NCBI GenBank assembly: GCA_965207335.1
Contig: OZ242267.1
Location: 835,729 to 899,728 of the forward strand
DNA: 64,000 nucleotides
Origin: Gammaproteobacteria bacterium
GTDB taxonomy: Bacteria; Pseudomonadota; Gammaproteobacteria; PS1; Pseudothioglobaceae
Direction of reading: 5' to 3'
Position numbers and translations under genes: made by a program
Notes under the pieces: model-generated
Database searches by the model: none
What the model was told of the DNA's origin: nothing
Seen by the model: the letters and a program-made list of their open reading frames with translations, nothing else
In this document: positions 48,668 to 58,323 of the stretch, in pieces
Position numbering within the stretch: position 1 is the first letter of the stretch
Layout: each line of letters begins with the position of its first letter

Positions 48668-50365
48668 CAACCTGTAATTGCTGTTAGGGGTTTGGGGATA
48701 TTCCCCAAAGTAAGCTTTGCTTACTATTAATCGCATTACAACCAACACACTGGTACCAATTATTCCCACTGTCATTGCGAACACTGCTTTTTAGTGTGTG
48801 GCAATCTCAGGCAAAATACTGGTACTAATCACACCGCTTTTATAGGATGAGATTGCCACGCTTTTTACAAAGGCTTGCAATGACGGTGGGTATAATTCTA
48901 ATTTGTTATTATGGGTGCTTTTTTTAAACCACACCACGAATTATCTCACGACAAAAATATAAATTACAAGCACAATGTATATATGGGGAGTTTGAGGGGC
49001 AGTTGTACCATAGTTGTAATGAAGGAATGAGTTCTGCCCCTCAATTAAAAAAACAATTGCTGTTAGGGGTTTGGGGATATTCCCCAAAGTAAGCTTTGCT
49101 TACTATTGTGGGTACTTTTTATATATCGTCATTGTAAGCACTGTTTTTTGTGTGTGGCAATCTCAGGCAATTATACTGTTATTAAATTACACCGCTTTTG
49201 TAGCACGAGATTGCCACGCTTTTTTACAAAAACTCGCAATGACAGTGGGTATAATTCCAATTTGTTATTGTGGGTGCTTTTTTTAAACCACACCACGAAT
49301 TATCTCACGACAAAAATATAAATTACAAGCACAATGTATATATGGGGAGTTTGAGGGGCAGTTGTACCATAGTTGTAATGAAGGAATGAGTTCTGCCCCT
49401 CAATTAAAAAAACAATTGCTGTTAGGGGTTTGGGGATATTCCCCAAAGTAAGCTTTGCTTACTATTGTGGGTACTTTTTATATATCGTCATTGTAAGCAC
49501 TGTTTTTTGTGTGTGGCAATCTCAGGCAATTATACTGTTATTAAATCACACCGCTTTTATAGGATGAGATTGCCACGCTTTTTTACAAAAGCTCGCAATG
49601 ACGGTGGGTATAATTCTAATTTGTTATTGTGGGTGCTTTTTTTAAACCACACCACGAATTATCTCACGACAAAAATATAAATTACAAGCACAATGTATAT
49701 ATGGGGAGTTTGAGGGGCAGTTGTACCATAGTTGTAATGAAGGAATGAGTTCTGCCCCTCAATTAAAAAAACAATTGCTGTTAGGGGTTTGGGGATATTC
49801 CCCAAAGTAAGCTTTGCTTACTATTGTGGGTACTTTTTATATATCGTCATTGTAAGCACTGTTTTTTGTGTGTGGCAATCTCAGGCAATTATACTGTTAT
49901 TAAATTACACCGCATTTGTAGCATGAGATTGCTACGCCTTTTACAAGTCTCGCAATGACGGTGGGTATAATTCTAACTTGTTATTGTGGGTGCTTTTTTT
50001 AAACCACACCACGAATTATCTCACGACAAAAATGTAAATTACAAGAACAATGTCTATATGGGGAGTTTGAGGGGCAGTTGTACCGTGAATTGTAATACGA
50101 AAACTTGTTCTGCCCCTCAATTAAAAAACAATAAAACAACTTAATACAAACTAAACAACCTGTAATTGCTGTTAGGGGTTTGGGGATATTCCCCAAAGTA
50201 AGCTTTGCTTACTATTTTAGGTAATTTTTTTTATATATCGTCATTGTAAGCACTGTTTTTGTGTGTGTGGTAATCTTAGGCAATTATTCCATTATTAAAT
50301 TACACCGCATTTGTAAGATGAGATTGCCACGCCTTTTATAAAGGTTAGCAATGACGGTTAGTATA
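48668..50365 (+). repeat. Largest palindromic-module array, containing a 359-bp composite unit in tandem (about 3.3 copies, 48927-50110)
   Basis: AAACCACACCACGAATTATCTCACG recurs at about 48927, 49285, 49644 and 50001. Near-identical 71-aa artefact ORFs at 49106 and 49465 are exactly 359 nt apart. Confidence 0.9.
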
Positions 50366-50427
50366 AAAGGACATTGTACCCGAAGTGTTTAATGGGAAAC
50401 GCACTCTGACTTTAATTATTCCTCTTT

Positions 50428-50613
50428 CTATTCATAAGCCCATACTGCTGCTATTATTAAAAGCAAAATAAGTGCTATCTTTGATTTTGGCTTATGATTT
50501 TTTTTATCCAAGATTGATGAATAAATTATATGTAATGGTATTGTTATAAATAAAAGAACAAAACCAAATATGATTGCTAAAATATGTAGTACTAAGAATA
50601 TAAAGTTACCCAT
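50428..50613 (-). CDS. Hypothetical 61-aa hydrophobic protein (start trimmed to MGNFIF..)
   Basis: Two predicted TM helices. Follows the 58-aa ORF by 10 nt. No clear RBS. Confidence 0.3.
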   Translation of the reverse strand: MGNFIFLVLHILAIIFGFVLLFITIPLHIIYSSILDKKNHKPKSKIALILLLIIAAVWAYE

Positions 50614-50623
50614 AGGTATTATA

Positions 50624-50800
50624 TTATTTTCTAAATTTTGATAGCAACCAACCAGCAGACGAGGCAACACCCAATGTTGATAGTATGTACCAAACCCCAA
50701 TTTCACCAAGTATAGTAGGTTCAATTAATGCAATTATTGCTATTATAGGTAAAAATACAAATAATACTATACTACCTAAAAAAATTTTAATTTTTTTCAT
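50624..50800 (-). CDS. Hypothetical 58-aa hydrophobic protein (MKKIKIFLGSIVLFVFLPIIAIIALIEP..)
   Basis: My own translation; too short for the supplied ORF track. AGGA 9 nt upstream of the ATG. Signal-peptide or TM-like N-terminus. Confidence 0.3.
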   Translation of the reverse strand: MKKIKIFLGSIVLFVFLPIIAIIALIEPTILGEIGVWYILSTLGVASSAGWLLSKFRK

Positions 50801-50934
50801 ATTATATTTCCTACTATATCTAAACTTAAAATAAAATCAAAGGTGTCTAGCATCACTTGATTTTTGTTTGTTAAACCCCTTATCATTTTAACAGTTTTTT
50901 CTTAGGCAATTTATGGTTTGATAGTTTATAGAAA

Positions 50935-51738
50935 CAATCTTAGGCAAAATACTGGTATTAATTATATCGTGTTTGCAATATGAGATTGCCACGCCTTTTT
51001 ACAAAGTCTCGCAATGACGATATATAAAAAAAGTACCCAGAATAGTAAGCAAAGCTTACTTTGGGGAATATCCCCAAACCCCTAACAGCAATTACAAGGT
51101 GTTTAGTTTGTGTTAAGTTGTTTTATTGTTTTTTAATTGAGGGGCAGAATTAGTTCCTTCATTACAACTATGGTACAACTGCCCCTCAAACTCCCCATAT
51201 AGACATTGTGCTTGTAAGGTATATTTTTGTTGTGAGATATTAGCGGTGTGGTTTAAAAAAAGCACTAAGAATTGAGAATTGGAATAAATGCGGTGTAATT
51301 TAAAAAAGTACCCATAATAGTAAGCAAAGCTTACTTTGGGGAATATCCCCAAACCCCTAACAGCAATTACAGGTTGTTTAGTGCATATTAAGTTGTTTTA
51401 TTGTTTTTTAATTGAGGGGCAGAACTAATTCCTTCATTATAATTATTGTACAACTGCCCCTCAAACTCCCCATATAGACATTGTACTTGTAAGGTATATT
51501 TTTGTAGTGAGATATTCGCGGTGTGGTTTAAAAAAAGCACTAACAATTAATAATTAGTACCAGTATGTTGCCACACACTAAAAAAGCAGTACTTACAATG
51601 ACGATATAAAAAGTACCCAGAATAGCAAATTGGAATTACACCCACCGTCATTACGAGCCTTGATAAAGGCGTGGCAATCTCGTGCTACAAAAGCGGTGTA
51701 ATTGGCGGTAGTATGTTGTCTGAGATTGTCACACACTA
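50935..51738 (-). repeat. Palindromic-module array in inverted orientation relative to 48668-50365
   Basis: Reverse complements of the same modules, with two copies of the GAGGGGCAG hairpin module and of the CCCCAAA..AGTAAGC hairpin module. Confidence 0.9.
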
Positions 51739-51876
51739 TTAGATAAGGCAAAGGCTTTATTACTGCCTTTTAAAGATATTCCCAAGGCACAAAAATTGTT
51801 AAATACTATTAATGGGTTAAGTACTAGCAAAAATTAATTATTAGGCATTTAAAATTAATTTACAAACATAAAAAAC

Positions 51877-53241
51877 CTAAGGTAATTTATCTATTACATT
51901 AAAATAACCGTAAAGCAATCGTTGTCCAAAACGCCTAAACGGTCTTAATGGATGACTAGGTAATTGTGAGGTAAAAACTGGTAGGTCAGATTTTTCATAT
52001 TTTTTGTCAGCAACTAATTTGGCTAACATTTTTGCTGCATAAGCAGAAAAAGCAACCCCATTACCACTATATCCTTGAGAATAATAAATTTGTTGCTTAG
52101 GGTCAGGCTGAGATATACGAGGCATCATGTCATGGCTAATATCCATCCACCCTGAGCAAAAATACTCAATTTTTACCCCAGCAATAGCAGGGAATTTACG
52201 AGCTATAGCCTTTTGTACTACGAGTAAATGCTTAGGATTATCAGCATCACTACCGCTAATTGCACTACGGGTGCCAATTTGTAGCCTTTTTTCTTTTAAA
52301 AACCGATAATAATAACGAAGTTTACGACTATCGGTAAAAAAGATGTGGCTTTTAAAATTACAAGCACTTATTTCTTTGTCTGTTAAAACTCTTGTTACCG
52401 CACAATTTGCCATAATAGGCATGTTTTTATAAGCAAGTAGTTTATGTAGGCTATGATTAGTGTAGCCTGCTGTTGCTACTATTACTTTATCCGCTCTAAT
52501 TGTAGCTTGTGGAGTATTAAGCTCATGTTTACCTTTGTTATAATTCCAAGATATAACAGGACTACCAATATGAACCTTAGCACCGTATTCACGGGCTATT
52601 TTAAGATAACCAAAAGCAAGTTTAAGTGGATTTACTGCAATACCAACAGGCTCTAATATACCACCATAAGCCTCATCATCTTTAATATACTCATTGTGTA
52701 TGGTTTTTGTATCTAGTATTTTAGTTGGATAATTAAAAAACTCATTGCATAATTTTGATTGCTTAACTAAATTTTCATACGAGCTACGACTATGGGCTAT
52801 TAGTAAACTACCGTTACCACTAGCATCGCAATCAATCTTTTTTGTTAATTCTGCAAATATAGCAAAACCTTTCAAGGTATCTTTATGAATTTTAAGTGCC
52901 ATTTTTTTGCCCCAACGGCTTATCCATTGACCTCTGTTAAGTCTTCCCCAAGCTAGATGTCCTTGTCCTCCATTACGGCTAGTACAACCCCAACCAACCA
53001 TATTTGCCTCTAACACAGTTGCTTTTATATTATATTCTCTGGCCAAAAACATTGCTGTTGCAAGACCAGTAAAACCACCCCCTATAATTGCTACTTCCGT
53101 ATCATAGTTTTTATTAGCAATACCGTCATTTTGGGGCTGTTTACCTGCTGCTGCAACCCAGTAAGAAGGCGAATAATCAACATTACAACCTGGTGTTTTA
53201 TCATACAAAGGATCGTATTTAGGGTTATAAGGGTTTATCAT
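51877..53241 (-). CDS. FAD-dependent oxidoreductase (DAO family, PuuB/OrdL-like)
   Basis: Dinucleotide-binding motif VAIIGGGFTGLATA. About 450 aa, DAO-family architecture. Confidence 0.8.
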   Translation of the reverse strand: MINPYNPKYDPLYDKTPGCNVDYSPSYWVAAAGKQPQNDGIANKNYDTEVAIIGGGFTGLATAMFLAREYNIKATVLEANMVGWGCTSRNGGQGHLAWGRLNRGQWISRWGKKMALKIHKDTLKGFAIFAELTKKIDCDASGNGSLLIAHSRSSYENLVKQSKLCNEFFNYPTKILDTKTIHNEYIKDDEAYGGILEPVGIAVNPLKLAFGYLKIAREYGAKVHIGSPVISWNYNKGKHELNTPQATIRADKVIVATAGYTNHSLHKLLAYKNMPIMANCAVTRVLTDKEISACNFKSHIFFTDSRKLRYYYRFLKEKRLQIGTRSAISGSDADNPKHLLVVQKAIARKFPAIAGVKIEYFCSGWMDISHDMMPRISQPDPKQQIYYSQGYSGNGVAFSAYAAKMLAKLVADKKYEKSDLPVFTSQLPSHPLRPFRRFGQRLLYGYFNVIDKLP

Positions 53242-53461
53242 TATTTTTTATTATATTAAACTATCAATACAACTATTTTTGCATAACTATTAGCAACCAC
53301 TAGATAGTATAAATTAAAAGCAAGTCTCAATTATACAAAATATTAAAATTCTTTATTTTTTAAAAGTTATTAGGCATTTTTTTTAAAAAATACCTAAAAT
53401 AACTTGTTTTTATATAAAATTTATATAAAATAATAGTTTTAGCTAATAAATACTATAAATA

Positions 53462-53683
53462 ATGGCAAGCAATAATTTACAAAAAGAGTTAGACACAAAC
53501 GGCAAAAGTCAAAAAGAGTTAGCAGATGAATCTGGGGTATCAATAACAACAATTAGCAAGGTGTATAATAAAAAGAAAACTCCAGCACCAAAAACACAGG
53601 CAAAAATTGTTCAAGGACTAAGCAAGTTAGTAGAAAAGGAGTATAAAGTAGTTGATATTTTTATCTTATCTAAAAAGAAGTAG
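53462..53683 (+). CDS. Small XRE/Cro-type helix-turn-helix protein
   Basis: KSQKELADESGVSITTISKVYNKKKTP is a classic HTH_XRE segment; 73 aa. Confidence 0.6.
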   Translation: MASNNLQKELDTNGKSQKELADESGVSITTISKVYNKKKTPAPKTQAKIVQGLSKLVEKEYKVVDIFILSKKK

Positions 53684-53688
53684 GTAAT

Positions 53689-53976
53689 ATGTCTAAAACA
53701 AACAGCAAAAGCACAACAAATAAAAGCGAGCATCAGATAATAAGAGATAAATTAATACAATCATCAGGGTATAAGGGGCAATTACCTGATGAAAATATTA
53801 ACTCTGAGATAAAACATACTAAACAGGTGCCTTTTGAGGGCTCTGTATATCATAATCTAGGCTATTCTCTTAGTACAAAACAAATAAATAAAAAATATGA
53901 TAAGTCCTTATTATCAGTGTGGTCAATTATTTTTTGGTCATTGCTAAAACCATTGCTAAAGTTAACCAAAAAATAA
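53689..53976 (+). CDS. Hypothetical 95-aa protein with hydrophobic C-terminal segment
   Basis: Starts 6 nt after the HTH gene. C-terminal LLSVWSIIFWSLLKPLL. No recognisable domain. Confidence 0.4.
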   Translation: MSKTNSKSTTNKSEHQIIRDKLIQSSGYKGQLPDENINSEIKHTKQVPFEGSVYHNLGYSLSTKQINKKYDKSLLSVWSIIFWSLLKPLLKLTKK

Positions 53977-53982
53977 ATTTTT

Positions 53983-54582
53983 ATGGCTGATAAGTGCAGT
54001 GAAATTATTGATTTTTTAATACAAGACTACTTACAGGATTATACAGAAATATTAGGTATCACTGTTGGTATTGCTAACTTTTACCCACAACAAGCAGATA
54101 GCCAGATAAGAAATGCTTTAACACATTTATCTCGTGCTGCACAAACAGATAATAAAGACTTAATAGCAAAAGAAATTAAAAAAGCAAAAGGGCATATTGA
54201 AAGAGCTAAAAGAGATTGCCTAAAAATAGCTATTATAGAAAAAAGACAGCAAATAAAAGACATGATTATAGGTATTTATTTTGCTAAAGGTGGTCTGCCA
54301 AAAAAAATACAAAAAAAGCGTATTGAAATAGAAATAAATCGTAAAATTACTGCCATTAATGAAACAAAAGGGGAGGAAATTGCACAAGAGTTAGAATTTA
54401 TTCTTAGCGAATTATTTGATTTAGAAGAACAAATCTTAGAGTTTGATACATTAGCACATCAACCTAGTAAACTAGTGCGTTATGTTACTGCAATTATTTT
54501 ATATGCAAAAAAAATATCAAATATAATTTTAATAGTAACAATCAGTGCTTTTGTAGGCTATTTTATTAATGGCTTTCTATAA
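53983..54582 (+). CDS. Hypothetical coiled-coil protein with an RNxxxH (HEPN-like) motif and a C-terminal TM anchor
   Basis: IRNALTHLSRA contains an Rx4H motif with Asn after Arg. C-terminal NIILIVTISAFVGYFINGFL is a TM helix. Confidence 0.45.
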   Translation: MADKCSEIIDFLIQDYLQDYTEILGITVGIANFYPQQADSQIRNALTHLSRAAQTDNKDLIAKEIKKAKGHIERAKRDCLKIAIIEKRQQIKDMIIGIYFAKGGLPKKIQKKRIEIEINRKITAINETKGEEIAQELEFILSELFDLEEQILEFDTLAHQPSKLVRYVTAIILYAKKISNIILIVTISAFVGYFINGFL

Positions 54583-55414
54583 CTACCAAAAATCAAACAA
54601 CAAACGCATCAGCCTATTAGGTATGTCTGGGGTAGGTAAAACTCATTTAGCAAATATTTTAAGACAAACTGGCGATTGGTTTCATTATTCTGGTGATTAT
54701 CGTATTGGCTCTAGATATTTAGATGAGCCAATTTTAGACAATATCAGAAAAACGATGATAAAAGATGATTTGTTACGCCAATTATTGTTAAGTGATGCCT
54801 TATACATTGGCAATAATATCTCGTTTGATAATCTACTATCAGTATCAAGTTTTTTAGGCAAACTGGGCAATCCAAAACTAGGGGCCTTGCCGTTTGATGA
54901 GTTTAATAAACGCCAAGCACTGCACGCAAAAGCAGAAGAAGATGCCATGCTAGATGTCCCTAATTTTATTGAAAAATCACAACATATTTATGACTGTAAT
55001 AATTTTGTAAATGATGCAGGCGGTAGTTTGTGTGAATTAGACGATAGTATAATTGCTAAGTTGGCAAAACATACACTGCTTATTTATCTAAAAACCAGTG
55101 TACAACATGAAAAAATATTAATAAGTAGGGCAATTAGCAATCCAAAACCTATGTATTACCACCCTGATTTTTTAAAAGAGCAATTACAAAAATATCTAAC
55201 AATAAATAATTTAGAGTTTGTTGCTCAAATTAATCCCAATGATTTTTCTACTTGGGTTTTTGAAAAATTACTTTATTATCGCCTACCTAAATATGAAGCA
55301 CTAGCAAAAAAATATGGTATTACTATTGCTAGCGATGATTTATATAAATGCAATACAGCTAATGACTTTTTTATCTTGTTAGAAAAACATAATAAGAGAC
55401 CTTTGCATAAATAG
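54569..55414 (+). CDS. P-loop NTPase, shikimate/gluconate-kinase-like fold
   Basis: Walker A LLGMSGVGKTHL near the N-terminus and a later NDAGGSL. Overlaps the upstream gene by 14 nt. The last 5 codons and the stop (RPLHK*) are encoded by the MITE terminus. Confidence 0.6.
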   Translation: MAFYNYQKSNNKRISLLGMSGVGKTHLANILRQTGDWFHYSGDYRIGSRYLDEPILDNIRKTMIKDDLLRQLLLSDALYIGNNISFDNLLSVSSFLGKLGNPKLGALPFDEFNKRQALHAKAEEDAMLDVPNFIEKSQHIYDCNNFVNDAGGSLCELDDSIIAKLAKHTLLIYLKTSVQHEKILISRAISNPKPMYYHPDFLKEQLQKYLTINNLEFVAQINPNDFSTWVFEKLLYYRLPKYEALAKKYGITIASDDLYKCNTANDFFILLEKHNKRPLHK

Positions 55415-55445
55415 GGATGATTATTCATGTTTATGCAAAGGTATC
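55396..55445. mobile_element. Minimal MITE copy (50 bp, termini only)
   Basis: GAGACCTTTGCATAAATAGGGATGATTATTCATGTTTATGCAAAGGTATC. Exact 5-bp duplication AATAA (55391-55395 and 55446-55450). Confidence 0.85.
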
Positions 55446-55593
55446 AATAAAACTACTGCATTAAGCAATTAAGTTGAGTGTTTGAAAAAAAGAATAAATA
55501 TAAGTTAATGGTAAAACAAAAACTTGCTAAACTACTGTATGTTAACTGCTTTTTATCCTTATGCAGTAGCCTTATAACACATAGCTTTAAGAT

Positions 55594-57060
55594 ATGAACA
55601 TTCGTATTAAATTTTTTGTTTATTTATTATCATCATCAATACTAGCAATACTACTGGCATTTAGTGCTTATATTACCATAACTAGCAATATTAATATAAT
55701 AGCTTTTATTCTTTTGCTAGTTGTCCTAGCTTGCTATTATGTATTATTTTTATTTATTAGAAAAGATTTTTTATTGCCAATGCTAAATTTATATAAATAT
55801 TCTAATTACTATAAAAACCAACAAAATACCACAAAAGATAACAGCAATGTATTGCATTCTATTACTAAAATAATAGATGTTCTAGCAGATGAAAGTAAGG
55901 GTTTATATGATGATATGAGTATTATTTTAAACAAGCAAATTGAGCGATTAGCAAAAAAATCCAGCATTTTAGGTACTCTTTATAATGTATCTTCTTCGCT
56001 TAATAAAATTCATGATATTGATAAATTATTAAAATATTTTTTACAATTACTAATCAATATGACTAATGCTAATTCTGGTATTGTTAGAATTTTAAATAAT
56101 AATCAAGAATTAGAGATAGAATTAGTAATAGGCAACACCGATGTTGATGGTCAAAAACTTATTATTACTAATAAAGATTGTGTTTGTTATAATATAGCCA
56201 GAGATAATGATAGCGTGCAATTTAGCATTAATACCTGCGAAAAATGTGTTGGTAAATCTAGCCAAAAAAAGTGTAAATACGGCACGATATTTATCCCACT
56301 TACTCATAAAAAAAATCACATAGGTGTAGTGGGTTTATTTTTTGATAAAACTCCATCTTTAAACCAAGATGAACGATCTTTATTACAAAGCATAGGCTAT
56401 CATTTAGCACTAGCAATAGAAAAAGATAGAATAGATAAAGAAGCTAAACGCTTAAGTATCAATAAAGAAAGATTATTTCTGTCGCAAGATATTCATGACT
56501 CTTTATCACAAATATTATATAGTTTAGGTATGCAGACCTCAGTATTATTAGATATTATCAATAATGATAGTAAAGAAAATGCTCTTGATAAAGTACAAGA
56601 TATAAAACTAGGTGTGCAACAAGCCAATGCAGAACTAAGAAACTTATTAAGCAATTTTAGAGAGCCAATTAGTAATTTAGGTTTAGTAGGTGATATTAAA
56701 AACTTAGTTTATAAATTTAAAAAAAGTAATAATATTGAAGTTTTTATACAAAGTGAAAAAAATATTAATATTAACTTAGAAAGTAGCGAACAAATATTAA
56801 AAATAGTACAAGAATCACTAGCAAATATTAGTAAACATTCTAATGCTAATAATGTTAGAATTCTAATATCAAAGCACAAGCTATTAATTGAAGATGATGG
56901 TGATGGTTTTGATACCACAATTAATAAAACTAATTATGGCGATTGTTTAGGGCTAAATATTATCAAAGAAAGAGCTTTAAGAATAGGGGTAAAATTAACA
57001 ATTAACAGTGAAATAAAAGAAGGAACACAAATAATATTAGATATTCCTAACATGGTATGA
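55594..57060 (+). CDS. Sensor histidine kinase (two TM segments, GAF-like domain, HisKA_3, HATPase_c)
   Basis: H-box LSQDIHDSLSQILYSL (HisKA_3 type), N-box LANISKHSNA, G-box EDDGDGFD..GLNIIKERA. Cys cluster CVCYN..CEKCVG..KKC in the sensory domain. Confidence 0.85.
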   Translation: MNIRIKFFVYLLSSSILAILLAFSAYITITSNINIIAFILLLVVLACYYVLFLFIRKDFLLPMLNLYKYSNYYKNQQNTTKDNSNVLHSITKIIDVLADESKGLYDDMSIILNKQIERLAKKSSILGTLYNVSSSLNKIHDIDKLLKYFLQLLINMTNANSGIVRILNNNQELEIELVIGNTDVDGQKLIITNKDCVCYNIARDNDSVQFSINTCEKCVGKSSQKKCKYGTIFIPLTHKKNHIGVVGLFFDKTPSLNQDERSLLQSIGYHLALAIEKDRIDKEAKRLSINKERLFLSQDIHDSLSQILYSLGMQTSVLLDIINNDSKENALDKVQDIKLGVQQANAELRNLLSNFREPISNLGLVGDIKNLVYKFKKSNNIEVFIQSEKNININLESSEQILKIVQESLANISKHSNANNVRILISKHKLLIEDDGDGFDTTINKTNYGDCLGLNIIKERALRIGVKLTINSEIKEGTQIILDIPNMV

Positions 57061-57695
57061 ATGTAGCAATTATTGATAACCACGCATTATTTAGAGAGGG
57101 CATCACTGCACTACTAGAAAGAAAAAATATTAGTGTAGTAGCATTTACAGACGGCGAGCATGCTCTTAGAGAATTAGCAAACTTTAAGTTTGATATAGTG
57201 CTATTAGATATGCGTATGCCTAAATTATCAGGCTTAGAAACTCTAATTGAACTTAAAAAACTCAATATTACCAAAGCACCAATAGTAATGCTAACTACCA
57301 GTTGTGAACAAAGAGACCTAAAACAATGCATAAAACATGGTGCACAAGGGTATTTATTAAAAGATATGCAACCAGATGAATTGATAGACTCTTTAAATGA
57401 TATTAGTAAAGGTAATATAGTTGTTGCTAAAGATATGGTGCATTTATTAGCACAAGTACTTAAAAGCGAGTTAAATGATGAAAAAAATATTTTCCAAAAA
57501 CTAAGTCCTAGAGAGCAAGGTGTAGCTTGTCTTATAGCCGATGGCTTGAATAATAAGTTAATAGCAAAAGAACTAAACATATCAGATGGTACGGTAAAAT
57601 TACATGTGAAATCTATATTAAAAAAAACTGTTTGTAGCTCTAGGGTAGAAGTAGCGGTTAAAATAGTAAGGGGCGGTTATTGTGAAAATAGATAA
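57057..57695 (+). CDS. Response regulator, NarL/FixJ family (REC plus LuxR-type HTH)
   Basis: Phospho-acceptor region IVLLDMRMP. C-terminal LSPREQGVACLIADGLNNKLIAKELNISDGTVKLHVKSILKK. Confidence 0.9.
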   Translation: MNVAIIDNHALFREGITALLERKNISVVAFTDGEHALRELANFKFDIVLLDMRMPKLSGLETLIELKKLNITKAPIVMLTTSCEQRDLKQCIKHGAQGYLLKDMQPDELIDSLNDISKGNIVVAKDMVHLLAQVLKSELNDEKNIFQKLSPREQGVACLIADGLNNKLIAKELNISDGTVKLHVKSILKKTVCSSRVEVAVKIVRGGYCENR

Positions 57696-57752
57696 ATACC
57701 ATTGTATGATAACAAAAAACAATTCTTATGCAGCGGTATCTAGTATTACAAT

Positions 57753-57853
57753 GATACCTTTGCATAAATAGGGGTTATTAGCAAAATGATAGATTCTGCC
57801 GAATTGGTGAAAAGTGGGTTTTTGATTATTATTCATATTTATGCACATGTCTC
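57753..57853. mobile_element. MITE copy (subtype B, internally deleted, 101 bp)
   Basis: Termini GATACCTTTGCATAAATA / TATTTATGCACATGTCTC. Flanks ACAAT / ACGAT (4 of 5). Contains the first ATG of the downstream rhodanese gene. Confidence 0.8.
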
Positions 57854-58323
57854 ACGATATGACATATAAAGAACTAGTTGCTAATGCCTTAAAAACTATA
57901 CCCGAAGTAATGCCTTGGGATTTAATAAATGAATTTAGTAGTAAAACACCACCATTACTAGTAGATGTTAGAGAGCGAAAAGAATTTAATGCTATGCAAA
58001 TCAAAAATTCTATTCACACACCAAGAGGGTTATTAGAAAGTGCTTGTGAATGGGGTTATGATGATACTGTGCCTATATTAGCTAGTAACAGGAAACAAAA
58101 TATAGTGCTTATTTGCCGTTCTGGAAAAAGAAGTGCCTTAGCAGGAATAACTATGCAACAATTAGGCTTTAAATATATTCGTTCTTTAGCCCTAGGAATC
58201 AAAGGTTGGAATGATGCTGACTTAGAATTAATTGATAGTAATAATAATATAGTTAATGCTGATGATGCAGATAAATTACTAAATAAAAGACCCAGCAAAG
58301 AAAAATTACGACCGATAAAATGA
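57841..58323 (+). CDS. Rhodanese-domain sulfurtransferase-like protein
   Basis: LVDVRERKEF and active-site loop CRSGKRS. The start may be any of three ATGs (57841, 57847, 57859). Confidence 0.8.
   Translation: MHMSHDMTYKELVANALKTIPEVMPWDLINEFSSKTPPLLVDVRERKEFNAMQIKNSIHTPRGLLESACEWGYDDTVPILASNRKQNIVLICRSGKRSALAGITMQQLGFKYIRSLALGIKGWNDADLELIDSNNNIVNADDADKLLNKRPSKEKLRPIK

Noticed and set aside
49000-49060. GAGGGGCAG..CTGCCCCTC hairpins as rho-independent terminators
   Set aside because: On the plus strand the stem is followed by an A-run, and on the minus strand by AAACTCCCC. Neither strand has a U-tract after the stem.
49071-49680. ORFs of 60-79 aa inside the palindromic arrays (also 1448-1660, 40537-40719, 49999-50196, 51113-51352)
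   Set aside because: They are generated by the repeat units themselves. The near-identical ORFs lie exactly 359 nt apart, have no RBS, and their Cys/His/Arg-rich translations are typical of palindromic DNA read in frame.
48927-50110. Regularly spaced repeats that could be mistaken for a CRISPR array
   Set aside because: The period is 359 bp and the entire unit is repeated. There are no short direct repeats separated by unique spacers, and no cas genes.
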